NCBI GenBank assembly: GCA_030324005.1 | Contig: JARDVH010000140.1 | Span: 21,937,561 to 22,001,560, forward strand | Direction of reading: 5' to 3' | Length of the DNA: 64,000 nucleotides | Origin: Negaprion brevirostris | Taxonomy: Eukaryota | Shown: one piece after another, positions 26,581 through 39,690 of the stretch | Layout: every line of letters begins with the position of its first letter | How positions within the stretch are numbered: position 1 is the first letter of the stretch | The notes under the pieces: model-generated | Database searches by the model: none | What the model was told of the DNA's origin: nothing | Seen by the model: only the letters and a program-made list of their open reading frames with translations | Program-made: the position numbers and the translations under genes

Positions 26581-28068
26581 CTATACCAAAGGACTGGATA
26601 ATACAAGTATAGTCAATGCAATCTCCTAGGTTAGTTTTCAAACACTTTAGCTATTAGGGGACTATAAAAGTATTTTCTAGAATTAACACACTCCCCAATT
26701 ATTTTTTAATCTTGTTCACTGACTCTCTCGGGAGAGTGCATGCCTATCAGAGGGCAGCAGGGTGTCTAATGATGAACTTTAGACATCGCGGCATGCATGA
26801 TGCACCTAAAGTTCTTTTCCTGTCCATCATTTCCTTATGTTATCACCCTACATACTCAGAATATAAATTTACTATTTGTTTTCTGAAGCAATTTGATTTA
26901 CATTGATTATTTTTGCTAGTATAAAATTCCAAAGTACAGATTAAATTGCCAGAGGAAAGCAGTTACATGCAACTTAATCATTCAGTCCAAGGTCCAAATA
27001 CCTGAGGGTAGTGACCGTTTTCCTTCTGGAAATGCATATTCGCACAAGAAATGTGGTGGGCATGGTAAGCATGGCAATTTAACTAATGAAAGCTCAGGAG
27101 CTGATAATGCAAGTCAGAGAATTCCACATGGAAACACCAGTCAGTTGGAAAAGCTGAATGAAAAAGATTGACAACAGGCAACAATTGCAAAGGAGAGAGT
27201 ATAACAGTGAGACTGAGTGTGCTTTGTGGTCAAATTAGCTACAATTGACGGAATTAAATTTCTACTGAATTCATGTTAAAGCTATCCTGAAATCTCCTGG
27301 TTATTTTGGCTTCATCAGGTCTTATCTAAAATGTCACAACATAATTGGAGAATATGTCACCCTATAATCAAAGAATTTAGATACAGCTTTTCTCTCAAGA
27401 TTTTATTTCATCACTTTAAAATTCAACCGGTTGCTTTATCAAGCATTTAACAAATCAAAACCATGGCATTTAGCCTATACAGGTTTGCATTAAAACCAAC
27501 AAATATTCACAATATTTTGCTCAATTGCTTTTTCAAGTGTCCCTAAAGATCCTAAATGAGACCTCTTCACATCAATTGTACCAAAAAATTGCTTCATTTA
27601 ACACGATGGTCACCAATGTATTTATGGGGAAGATTTTTGGCTAGGGTGATTGTTTAACTTTTGCTTGTATGAAATCTTTAATTCAACATCTTAAATGTCA
27701 TCACTACTAACGGTGACAAATCTATAACTACTAATGGCTCACCAACAGTGATGTTGTATGGTTTGAAATGCTGTTTTCTAACTGAAATCCAAGTGAAGAC
27801 AACCAAAATATGAATCAATATGAATTTCAAATGTACATGATCAGAGAAGTTCAAAAGTGCATCAATGCTTTTTTGAAAACCTGAGACAATGCTGGCTTAA
27901 ATATTAATTTCTTTTGAACATTTGCAGTATTTCAACATATTATAATTCGAAATAATTAATAGCAGCTTTCTACTATAGGTAAACATAAGAATTTTATTAA
28001 TTTTTAATTAAATATTAAATTCTGTATTACTAAGTAGTTTTCAGTTACACCAAAAGAATTAGCATTAC

Positions 28069-28139
28069 CCTTTTGACTTTGACACCCAAGTTTTCCTCAA
28101 TTAGATCAAAATCATCATCTTCCAGCCTGTCATCATAAG
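28069..28139 (-). CDS. SUPT6H: SUPT6H coding exon 3 ([23 protein letters not shown])
   Basis: ttgttcag acceptor, gtaatg donor, 71 nt, phase 1 to 0. Confidence 0.96.
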
Positions 28140-28510
28140 CTGAACAAAGAAAGAAAGCAGTTAATGACACATCATGGATATTGTATGATGGACATAGTAT
28201 GATTCATTAAGATTTTATTAAAAAATGCTTCATCAGAATATTCAAATGTCCACTTAAATAATTTGACATCATTACAGTCTTCTCCCACATATCCCTCCAT
28301 AACCATAGTATATTACATTCCCAAAGATCCCAAGAATATTATCATATTTGCAGGCATTCTCCAAAGAAGGATTTCCTGTTTTAAAAAAACTTTTCTACTT
28401 AAAGTACCGTATAAATCCTAAGTCAAGCAAATATCTTACAAGTATCTGCAAGAAAAAAAATCTTGGCCTGAATTGCTAACATAGAAAAATAAACTGATTT
28501 TAAGACTGAC

Positions 28511-28702
28511 TTTTACGTTTTCTCTTTTTTGTGATCGGGTCGGAACCTCCAGAGCCTTCACTCGCTCCGTCGTCATCATCATCATCATCATCCTCCTCCT
28601 CCTCTTCCTCATCATCTTCTTCTACATCATCATTTATGAAGTCCTTTAAATTTCCCTGCTCATCCTGGTCATCTGCATTTTCATCCTCCTCCTCTTCCTC
28701 CT
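28511..28702 (-). CDS. SUPT6H: SUPT6H coding exon 2, acidic N-terminal region (EEEEEEDENADDQDEQGNLKDFINDD...KKRKRK)
   Basis: ccaacag acceptor; donor gtcagt (exon end 28511) or in-frame gtaaaa (28517); phase 1 to 1. Confidence 0.93.
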
Positions 28703-29399
28703 CTGTTGGGATAAATACAAAAATTAGTATCTGGAAATTGAGTTTAAATTTCTATCTCCTGAATTGGGAGCTAGAAATATATCAAACACAATACATCAAA
28801 CAANNNNNNNNNNNNNNNNNNNNNNNNNNNNNNNTGCGCGCTCACCATACCATGGAAAGGAGATTTCCCCCGGCACGTGGACATTTTCTCCTATCTTTAA
28901 GATTCCTCTTCCATTTGAAACACAGCAGCTCCCCACCCCATCAGTCTTCTCACTGGCAATGGCATTAGCTGTGTCAGGTACTCCACTTGCTTCCCTCTCA
29001 CTGAGCTTGCAGCACTCCATCCTCACGTGTAACTGATAAGGACGGGGCTGTTGTACGGCAGGCGCACCTCCCTGTTCTGGAGGCTGAGAGGCATCACTTA
29101 GGTCAAAACCAACCTTTGTTCGGTGATCTTCTTTCTCCTGCATCACCCGCTCTGCTCGGCCGTAACCTCATTTTATCCCAACCTCACTTCTACTATCTCC
29201 CCAAGAATCATAACAGGCCTACCTCAGTATTATCCACTGTTTCACATCCTGTACTTCCAGCATCTGTAATATTTTGCATTTAGAATTACTAAAATGCTGA
29301 TTTGTTTTTACTTTGATAATAGCATACTATTGAAGCTAAATTAAATGCATGCAAGGGCAGCTGGTGAACAATCTTAGCCTGTGATTCAGTGCATTAAAC

Positions 29400-30485
29400 T
29401 GACAGTGATTGCCTCTGACATCAGTGTGATATTAGACTGAATCTAGCATCATGGAACCTAGCAAAATTGGAGTCAGTGGGCAAAACTGTCCATTGGTTGG
29501 AGTCACACTTAGCACAAAGGAAGTCTTTTTGCAATTGTTGGAGGTTAATCATCTCCATTTCCAGCACATCGCTGTAGGAATTCCTCAAGTTTGTATCCTA
29601 GGTCTAACCATCGTCAGCTGCTTCCTCAATGACCTTCACTCTATTCTAAGGTCAGGATCACGTTAACAATTGTGCAAATATATAGCACCACTTACAACTC
29701 CTCAGTTACTGAAGTGGACCATGTCCATACGTAGCAAGACCTGAACAACATTCAGGCATGGGCTGATAACTGGCAGCTAAGAGAGAATCTAACCATCTCC
29801 CTGAGACATTCAAGGCAGTATCATTTCTGAGTTCCCCACTATCAACTTCCTGTGGGTTAACCATCGACCAAAAAATTGGGCTAGCCATATAAATACTGTG
29901 GATACAATAGCAGGCCAGAAGCTGGGAACTTGAATAACTTACCTCTCTATCCCCAAAGCCTGTCTAAGACCTAAGTCAGGAGTGTGATGGAATGCTCTCC
30001 ATTTGCCTGGTTAGTGCAGTCCCAAAGTCAAGAAGCTTGTCACCATCCAAGACAAAGCAGTCTCCCTGACTGGCACCCTATTCACCACCTTTAACATTCA
30101 CATCCTCCACCACCGATACAGAGAAGCGGAATTGTGCACCATCTACAAGGTGCACTGCAGGAACTCACTAATGGCTCTTTCAGGAGCACCTTCTGAATCC
30201 ACAACCTCTACCATCTAAAAGGACAAAGATAGTAGGTGCATTGGAACACCACCATCTGGAAGTTCCCATCCCAACTTGAAAATATACTGCCGTTCCTTCC
30301 CTTACACTGGGTCAGAGTCCAGGAACTCCCTCCCTGCAGCACTATGGTGTAGGTTTACCTACACCACATGGATTTTAATGGTACATGGTGGTTCACCATC
30401 ACCTTATCAAGGGCAATCAGGGATGGGCAATAAATACAGGCCGAGCCAGCGATGCCCACATCTGTAAAAGAAACAAAGAAAAGTT
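29400..30485 (+). mobile_element. LINE-A RT region to 3' tail
   Basis: GIPQVCILGLTIVSCFLNDL (GVPQGS.LGP..F....NDL RT motif relic) followed by the shared LINE-A 3' end. Confidence 0.8.
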
Positions 30486-31019
30486 CAATACTTTAAATGG
30501 GGTGTTTGACTGTGGATCTCTAGAAGTCTGTAGACAAACGCTAATATTTACTGAGTATTTTGCATCCTTTTTCATAAGAGTACAAAATATCTACAGTTTA
30601 CAGGGACATAAACTGTGAAAGGGAAGATGTGATTCAAGTAAAATAATGGAGAAACACTACTGCACATTACACAATAATGCACATCTGCTAAGTGCTCCTC
30701 CCTTTATGACTACGTATTTGAATTTCTGTAACATTCAAAGCTCAGTTAGAGGTTAACTAGCTTTATTAATATTCTAAGAGTTAACCATGCTATTGGCAAA
30801 AAAATTCCTGTAGATTCAAATGACTTTTTAAAAAGTAAATAACAGTACAGTACAATTTTTGAAATCCAGTACTATATTTATTATTGCAAGATCTAAAATA
30901 ATTAATTTTTGCATCTATAAAAATGCCACATTCGAAACCAAGTTCTAGATGAAAGATTTTACATGCTTACAAATCTTATCTGGCATTGCTCATGACAAGT
31001 CGTTGGGTATAATGTTTGC

Positions 31020-31320
31020 AATTCACCAAGGGTTCATTGACAGCACGTCAAAGGACAAGGGCAGCAGACACTTGGAATGCCACTACCAGCAAGCTTTCAA
31101 GTCGTACACTATCCTGACTTGGAAATATATTGTCGTTCCTTCATCGTTAGTAGCCAACTCTTGGAGCTTCCTACCTAATATCACCGTGGAGTATCTTTAA
31201 CATATGAACTACAGCAGCTCAAAGAAAGTTTACCATCATCTTCTCAAGGGCACGTAAACAGTGACATTACACGCTGTTCTCAGCAGAAATGCCCATATTC
31301 CATGAATGAATAAAAAAATG
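31020..31320 (+). mobile_element. LINE-A 3' end
   Basis: aggacaagggcagcagaca..atcctgacttggaaatatat..catgaatgaataaaaaaa. Confidence 0.7.
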
Positions 31321-31499
31321 ACTGTACTCTGTAATGCTCAACATATTATTGTTATGGTACAGCAAAATCTTTTCCAAATTGCATCATATGTAATCATTAC
31401 TAAATATAGCCACAGATGAGGGATTTATTGTTGTTTGCCATGCACCAGGAACTTTACAAATGCTGAGATAAGGTTTGAAAAATAGTCTACTGTCAGGTA

Positions 31500-32600
31500 C
31501 AGTAACCTAGCAACTGCATTTCTGGAGAGGGGTTGAAAGGTTTAACTTTAAGTAAGGAGACCACAGGGGCAAAGGGATCTAATCTAGGGATACAGGTGTG
31601 CAAATCACAGAATAGTGATGTAGGTTAATAAGGCCATAAAAAAGCAAACAAAATAACTGTTCGATTCTGGAGGGAAGGGATTGAAGAGAAATTATAGCAA
31701 ACTTGTATGGAAGCTAGGTTAGACCATTACCCCATATCGTGCACCGTCTGGTCTCCACATTAAAAAAAGCTCCTGGATTACATGCAAAAAAAAGATTTAC
31801 AAGGATACTGAAACCTCAGAGGTTCTACCTAGTGGGAAAGATTGAACAGGCTGGGACTCTTCTCTCCTGAAAAGGTTAGACTGAAAATGGCCTGACAAAA
31901 GTATTTTTAAAATTATAAAGGGTTGATAGGGTAGATGGTAGAGAAATGTTTCCACTTGTGGGGAAGATCCCAACTAGGGACCATAAACATAGGAAAGTTG
32001 CTAACAAAGCCAACAAGGAACTCAGGAACAACAGTGTTTATATAGCAAGTGAAACTTGCGACTCTAGGGAATATTTGAGCTGAACAGCATAGATATATTT
32101 AAGGGAAAGCTAGACAGACGTGGGTTAGGCTGATGGGGTTAGACGAGGAGGAGGATGAAAAGGAAGCTCATACAGAACGCAAGCATGAATCTGTTCTGTC
32201 TAACGGTCTGTACCTTGCTTTACATCCTAAATACAAATCCGATGATTTAAGGCTGGATATCAGAAAAGTGATTGCAAAAGCTAACTGGTTATCACAAACA
32301 CTGAAATGTTTTATTGGTGTTGTGGGACAAATGCTAGAGTCCAGAGGTGTTTAAAGCCGGGGCATCTTTATTTCAAGCACGCAAGGGAATGCTTCAGCGA
32401 ACTGCGTTATCTCAAGGCTTGTAACGAAGATTTTCTAAATAGGTCCTTCTGCCCAACTTGTCCATGCCACCCAGTTTTTAACCATTAAGCTACTTGCATT
32501 GCCTCATATCCCTCTATACCCACCTTATCCATATAACTGCCTAAATGCTTTTTAAAAGCATTTAGAGTCTACCACCACCTCTGGCAGCTCATTCCAGGCA
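31500..32600. mobile_element. CR1 fragments (plus about 31500-32210; minus 3' end about 32430-32600)
   Basis: agggatcta..ggtgtgcaaat..gttaataagg, ggttagacc..tggtctccac and tccatgccacccagtttt..tgcctaaatgcttttta patterns. Confidence 0.55.
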
Positions 32601-35600
32601 CTCTTTCTCAAGAGCACATGAACAGTGACATTACACACTGCCCTCAGCAGGACTGCCCATATCCCAGAAATGAATAATAAAATGACTGATGCCAGACTCT
32701 AACTTGGCACCATCAGCAATTAAACAAACCAATGTTTTAAGTTACAAGGTTTTGAGATTTTGAGCCAAAGAAACACATGGGACTTTTAATTGGAATATGA
32801 GAGAATGGAGTAATTTTGTTTGAATTTTGAAACCACTGATTGAGTTGGACTGATCTTGGGTTGGAAATTTCTTTATGGTTTGGCTCCTGACAAAGTTTGA
32901 AAGGGATTTTTTTATAAAGGTTTTGAAACAACTAACATTAATGTAAAATGCTAGGAGTTTCTGTGCTGAATTAAAAAAAAGTAACAGTTTGTTCCCAAAA
33001 TAAAGACATTTGAAGGAGTTTGGCATCAATCCAATTTGCGAGTTAAAAAAACTGCTAAAAATTTAAATTAATGACATTTCTTTACTGACTATTTCTTTCA
33101 AATTTGTTAAGTAGCCAATATTGAAATTTGAAAATTGTTTTGAAGGAGAGAAACTGTAAACTCAAGAGCACTTGGGCGAGAAACACTGAAAGGTTTTGAA
33201 ACAGTGCAATTGAATCTAAAATTTGGCCAAAGCTGAAGAAAAACTAACAAGAGAATTTACTAAAGCAAGCCTAAAATGGAATTTGGTTTTTGATTGGGGA
33301 GATCTAGAAATTACATAAAATGAGGCAATTCCATGCCAGGTTTTCTCCACCCTTTTTGGCCAACAATATGCAGCAGAGTTAAATCCTTTTGTCTGACATC
33401 TCCTCCATTTTGAATTCATCACAATCATTGGATTACATTTTTAGATTTTAAGTTTCTTAATATACATATATGGAATGGATACAATGGATTATGTTTTCTG
33501 AGAACAGGTGATGAACAGAGGTTTTCCAACTCTAGGTGAACTAAAGAAGTTTGAGAATTAAAGCACAACATAAAGGTTTTGCCCTTCAGAGACCTTGCCT
33601 TAACAATTCAGGCTGTTTGTTATCAATTTGTTACCTTTCAAGACAACATGCCTGAGAATGCGAGATCTGATATAAAACACTGACCAATGATTATCAGACT
33701 TTTCTAAACTACCATTTAAAGCCGACAAGCCTTGGCATAATTGTTTCCGACACTGGATGAAATAACTTGACGTGAGTTGCTATTTCAAGCACGAGCTTCG
33801 ATTTCAAGTATTCAAAGTGAAATTTACTTGACAGTTAAGGGCATAAACAAATTCAAATTTTCAGAATAAAGGTGAATGGGAAAACAGTCCTGTTGGTTGC
33901 TTGGCAACAAAAGAAAAATAATTTTTTGGAATGAACAAATTTAACCTTGTCAATCCAATAATACTGTTTTTTGAATTTGTGGTACTTTTAAAATCATTAA
34001 AGTTAGAAACAATCTAGTGGGTTATTTTTGGGAAAATATAATGTTTAAGGGAAAGAACAAATGAACAAAACATGTTAACGTCTGGAGTCAAACAGAAATA
34101 ACCGATTTCTGTTTCAAAGGTATTACAAAAACACCATTCTGGACTGTAAAGTTTCTTCAGGGCTCATGAACAAGGTAAGGTGGCTAATTTTAGCATGTGT
34201 AAAATGGTATGAGGAATTGATTGAGGATAGGAGATAAGAGTTAGGGAAAAAGAACATGGTGTCAAACAGGAATTGGAATGATTCATATTGGACGTAGTTG
34301 AATGGAATATTTCAATCTGGTGTTAATATACATTCTAATGAAAGGACAGTGTAAATGGGACCAATAAGGTAAGAGCTTTCTCTTGGAGACATTTGTGTCT
34401 TTGCCCACAATCTTTTGAAGGGAATGGAATTTGACAATCTGGCCACCATCTGAGAACTGGGACCGTATGGGGAAAATAAGCAACGATCTGAGAGAAAACC
34501 CCTTTGATGCTTTGTGCTGATTACTGGAAAATCAGGAAGAATAATACAATGGTGCACCCTTCAAGACGGTAGAAAAAGCGGAAGAAGTTGTTCATTGGCA
34601 GAATACAAAGCACGATCCCTATAGACCTGATAGATCTTCCACAATTGCAAAATAACAATTTCTGGGAGAGGGCAGAGAGATTATTACCAAGGAAGCTTTT
34701 CAACCAAAGCTCCAGGGAACAATCTAACAGATAGTGAAATTGTAAAGTAACTAATATGCAGGAGTACATGGTGCAGCTGAACTGAATAACAGGTCCTAGA
34801 CTTATTCGGCTACTTGAAAACAGTGTGACATGGAATGGTTAACATGGCCTGAAGAAATAAAAAAAATTAAATGATCAAGGCACTGACACATACTTCATAA
34901 AAAAAATCTGACAGTGAAGTAATGTTAAGGTGAAAGGAATTTTGGGTTGTGACAATTGAAGGTTAGGAGAAATAATAATTATCCACAAGATGGATACAGG
35001 TAGAGAAAGCTAAGTATTTTTAAAATCCATACATAATTTGTTTTAATTACACATACTTATGTAATAGCTCAGAAAGTAACAATGTTCCTTTAAAAGAATA
35101 AGGAACATCACTGTCTGAGGTGATGTATGCAAAGAGTGGTTGGTGAGGGGATTCCCTGAAGATGGGTTCTGACCAACTCCAAGGCATGATAGAGGAAGTA
35201 ACAGTAATAAGAAACTGCTGAAAGGGAGAAACAGGGAGCCAAGTTTAAACCACCCAGGCTTTCTCTAGTACGGGACAATAATGAATGATAGTAGTGCCTT
35301 CTAAACCAAGACTGACATTCTGCTGGACAGGCCCCGCACAGTCCTGATGGCACGTGTATGTTTGGGAATGCTCAAGGGAAGTAGACGGAAACATCGGTCT
35401 CAGGTTAAACTTTATTACTCATATTCTGTTTCTCCAACAGGGCGGCCAACAGCAGATCTCTTAACTTGTTTAATTTCAGAGCACCCTTCTGGTAACCATG
35501 GTAGCATGGCAGATGCCCACTGTGCATATCAACACAATCACCTGCTTTCATCTTGGTCAGTATGCACAGCTGCCTAAAGGAGGTAGGGGAGCATGGATAA

Positions 35601-37167
35601 AGAAACCCAACTTCTGTTATCAGATAAGGTCACCAAATTCACACACAACCCAAACAGTTGTGGTACCCATGGGATCTGCTTGGATAAGACAAAAAAAATT
35701 GCACACTCAAACTGCACTGACCCAGCATGACACTCTGCTTGAGGGATCCAGACTGCAACACAATAGCAAGCATGGGCAATTCCAAGGGATGATATCTCTC
35801 ATCCAAGGATTGAAGGACAATGTTGTCAAGACTATGCACCAACATTATATATCAATTAAAATGTATTGATGTAGAATGTTTGAATTTAACAACATGTAGC
35901 TAGTTTTGGAAATCGATTCAACCAGTGTTGCCTCCAGGGGACAGTATGATTAGAATTGGGAATCAGAAAATATTGTACAATGTTACCATGGTCACATTAG
36001 AAGTAACTAAAACTTGAGTAGAAGAATGCCAATTGCGGCAATCATCCAGAAGCAGCTGCTTGGTTAGGGCACATGTTACAACAGTGATTATAATATTCAT
36101 ATACTCCTGGAGTGAGGAGTCTTAAGGGTAGATGGAAATTAAGTATATATGGGGAAATGGGAGGACTTTTCGGCTGTACTAATTCGATCTTGAATTCATG
36201 GCAATTTTTGGTTTTAATGATTCTGCCTCATGAGTGGCACAATATGCAAGAGGCTGTGAATTTGCTACATAATTTATGTGTTTTAAATCATAGAGCTGCA
36301 AAAAAAGGGTTACTAAAGAGAGTATCTTAACTGGGAGAGGCCATAATAAAGTCAACTGATTCCCAGTCCAAAGGATGGACCTGTGGTGTACTGGCCTAAG
36401 GTCTAATTGCTAATGCAGAATTAGGTATTGAAGATATTAAGCTTCGTCTGTACCCTGGCATACATGGGGAGATCAGTAGTTTGAGTTTAATTGATCTGAA
36501 GCAATGAAGAAGAGAGCTACTGATAACATAACTGGCAAGTGATGGGAAATGTAATGCTTACCAATTTTTACTCATAATGCCATGAAGTACTAAAAGAAGT
36601 GTCAAGTTGAATCTCTTAGGGGTGGTTGCAGAAGGATTAATGTGTAGAAAGGAATCAGATGGACATATGATATAAAAGGGTGTGACAGCATGTTGCTCAT
36701 GACCACAATACTGTATCAATTCACATTATATACTATGTACGTACAGCATTTTAAGATCAACAGATAGCGATTTCTCAGTGATAGTCACAGTAGAGCCCAT
36801 GAATTCGGCCTTTTGGTCGGTTCAGGCATTTCTAACCCAGTGGTGCTTCCCAACTGCTGAGAATAATTATCTGTATGAAGGATTGGCTGCAGAAATAACA
36901 TTATATTCTACTTGCAGGTTTCTGACCCATTCTCTCTGGGAGATTTCCAGTTGGCAGGGAGAACTCTCAAGGATATGGTTTTCATCCTTTGGTGAAATGA
37001 CACACCAAGAAAAGCTGCTCAAGAAGCAGTTAAAAGAACTTAGGAAATATCAGGTACAACAGGTTAGTGTGAAGGAGCCAGTGCAAGTACATTTAGTCAA
37101 AGGCCAGGGTATTAAGGGACTCTGCTAGTCCCAGCACTGTGGCTAGTTGGCATGCAATATAATTATA

Positions 37168-37455
37168 GGGCAGCATGGTGACACAATGGTTAGCATTGCT
37201 GTCTCACAGCACAAGTTCAATTCTCGGCTTGGGTCACTGTGTGGAGTTTGCATGTTCTCCCCATGTTTGCATGGGTTTCCTCTGGATGCTCTGGTTTCCT
37301 CCCACAATCAAACACGTGCTGGTTAGGAGCACAGGCCATGTTAATTTTCCCTCAGTGTACCCAAACAAATGCCGGAGTGTGGCGACTTGGGGATTTTCAC
37401 AGTAACTTCATTGCAGTATTAATGTAAGATTACTTGTCTCCAATAAATAAATGTT
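37168..37455 (+). mobile_element. V-SINE, tail type B
   Basis: gggcagcatggtgacacaatggttagcattgctgtctcacagc head, V-domain, type B tail. Confidence 0.85.
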
Positions 37456-37459
37456 TACA

Positions 37460-38312
37460 TTTTGTATCTCTCTCCTCTCACCTTAAACCTCTACCGTCTA
37501 GTTTTACACTCCTATCTTTGGGAAAATATGTTGACGATCTAGCTGATCTATGCCCTTCTTTATTTTATAGACCTCTATAGATCACCCCTGAGCCTCCAGG
37601 AAAAAAAAGTCCCAGTCTATCCAGCCTCTCCTCATAACTCAAACCATCAAGTTTCCGTAGCATGCTAGCAAATCTTTTCTGCACTCTTTCTAGTTGAATA
37701 ATATCCTTTCTATAATAGGGTGGCCAGGACTGTATTGTACCAGAATGCTAACTTTTTATGATTCAGACAAGGACACCCAGATCTCTCTGTATCTGCAGTG
37801 TCTCCATTTAAATTGTTCGTTTCTATTCTTTGTGCTGTATTGAATAACTTCACTTTTTTGCACATTATGCTCCTTCTGCCAAATCTTTTTGCCCACTCAC
37901 TTTATCTATATCCTTTGCAGACTCTTTGAATCCTTGTCAAAGCTAAACTTCCCAACCACCTTTGCGTTGTTGGCTATGTTAACAGTCGGTCCCTTCATCT
38001 CAGTCATTAATATCCCTAAACAGATGATCCCTTTGGAACACCCCACTGTGACTCCAATCACAGTTTGCCAACCTGAAAATGACCCATTTATTCCCTCTCT
38101 ATTTCCTGTTAGTTTATCAATCCTCTGTCCATATNNNNNNNNNNNNNNNNNNNNNNNNNNNNNNNNNNNNNNNNNNNNNNNNNNNNNNNNNNNNNNNNNN
38201 NNNNNNNNNNNNNNNNNNNNNNNNNNNNNNNNNNCCCTCATTCTTCTAAACTCTAACAAGTACAAGCCTAGTTTATTCAGCCTCTCCTCATAGCTCAACC
38301 CCCTCAACTCCA
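37460..38312 (-). mobile_element. CR1 LINE fragments
   Basis: Minus-strand relics LRGLSYEERLNKLGLYLLEFRRMR and GINGSFSGWQTV. Confidence 0.8.
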
Positions 38313-38613
38313 GAGCAAGAAAAAACCAAAACATAGGATTCATTTCTTTAAGGATAGAATGATAAAGTAGAAAGATTAAGTATAGAATTAATTAAGTTAA
38401 TTAAGTTTAGAATTTTGGTTAAATCACACTTGGAGTGCTGTGAAGAGATCTGATCTCCATATTGTAAAGACAAAACAAGAGAAGATTCAAGATAGATTCT
38501 TTTGAATGACACTGGAACCTAGATAGGTTACACATATCAGGAAAGAGATCTCTGGAAAAGAGAAGACAAGAGGTCTGAACTGGTCTAAGAGGTCTAAGAT
38601 TATGAAGGGTTTG

Positions 38614-38925
38614 GGTGGCAGCACAGTGGCACAGCAGTTAGCACTGCTGCCTCACAGCATCATGACCCAGGTTTGATTCCCAGTTTGGGTCACTGTCTGT
38701 GTGGAAGTCTGCACGTGTTGCTGCGCCTGCACGGGTTTCCTCCGGGTGCTCCAGTTTCCTTCCACAGTCCGAATGACGTGCTGGTTAGGTGCATTGGCCA
38801 TGCTAAAGTCTGCCTCAGTATACTTGAATAGGCAGCAGAGTGTGGCGACTTGGGGATTTTCACAGTAACTTCATTGCAGTATTAATGTAAGCCTTCTTGC
38901 GACATTTATAAATACATTTAAACTT
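38614..38925 (+). mobile_element. Full-length V-SINE, tail type B
   Basis: ggtggcagcacagtggcacagcagttagcactgctgcctcacagc..ggtttgattcc (A/B boxes), V-domain, type B tail. Confidence 0.85.
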
Positions 38926-39296
38926 AATTAGTAGAACTGAGGTGAAATAGCTGCTGTTTTCACTTCAGTACTCATCCTGATCATTAGCATTTGTTGTTAA
39001 CAAAAAGTGATACCATGTTCACACTGTGCAGCGTTAATGATATCAAGTGGTGATAACACTGCAAGCTGTGAACATGGTAATGATATCAAATGGCATATAT
39101 CTCAGTTGTTGCCTCAGGTATCTAAATAAAACTAGGGACTTGATGCCCCGAGGAGTCCAATAGGATCCTTGGGCAACCCTGTGGCTGAGGATCCAGTCAG
39201 ATGAGTTGTGACAAACTGGGCCAGGTGTACTCTGACCAGGCCAATTGGAGGTACTAACGTGGCAAAGAAAACGTTAATACAAGTCATAAAGCGAGT

Positions 39297-39690
39297 TGTA
39301 GTCATGAAAATTCCCTGCATTTTTCCACCATAATCCTTAGCTTACATATCTGCTGTTGTTTTTCCTATGTGTGTACACAGAAGAATTCACTGTGGCTGAT
39401 AAGCCTAAGCAATTATGTATTTTTTCTAACCTGCCTGCCTGTGAGACAAAGATAGCACATGTTTACAAGGGACACATGAAGGCCGGGAGCAGACAAAACA
39501 CACTCAGGCATATAGTTAGTTGAAGCTGCATTGAAGCATATAAACGTATGTCATTGGAACAGTCTTTTGAGATGCTTCAAGTTGCTGATGCATTCCTCTG
39601 CATGTTTGTAATAAAGATTCCCTAACTTTAACTTAGTCCAGAATCCAAGTCACATTTGTCTCACAACAATTGGCACGCTCCAGATAGGAA
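39297..39690 (+). mobile_element. Putative LTR (39297-39668, TG..CA) followed by degenerate primer-binding site (39671-39690)
   Basis: TATAAA 39539-39544, AATAAA 39610-39615, end tcacaaca, then TGGCACGCTCCAGATAGGA resembling the complement of tRNA-Arg(CCU) 3' end as recalled (TGGCACCCCAGATGGGAC). LTR start uncertain. Confidence 0.5.

Larger units (their letters stand above)
32740..39296 (+). mobile_element. Putative highly degenerate internal region of an env-bearing LTR retroelement, interrupted by SINE/CR1 insertions at about 37168-38925
   Basis: Ordered relics: MDTG (protease-like, 34990), WTGP (35324) ..KHRSQVKLY (35389; integrase C-terminal-like), IYGEMGGLFGCTNSILNS (fusion-peptide-like, about 36145), heptad-like EKLLKKQLKELRKY (about 37010), hydrophobic GEIAAVFTSVLILIISICC* (38941-39000). 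No intact ORF. Confidence 0.4.

Noticed and set aside
28531-28968. Poly-Ser ORFs on the plus strand (also 25168 and 47880)
   Set aside because: Antisense shadows of the acidic SUPT6H exons.
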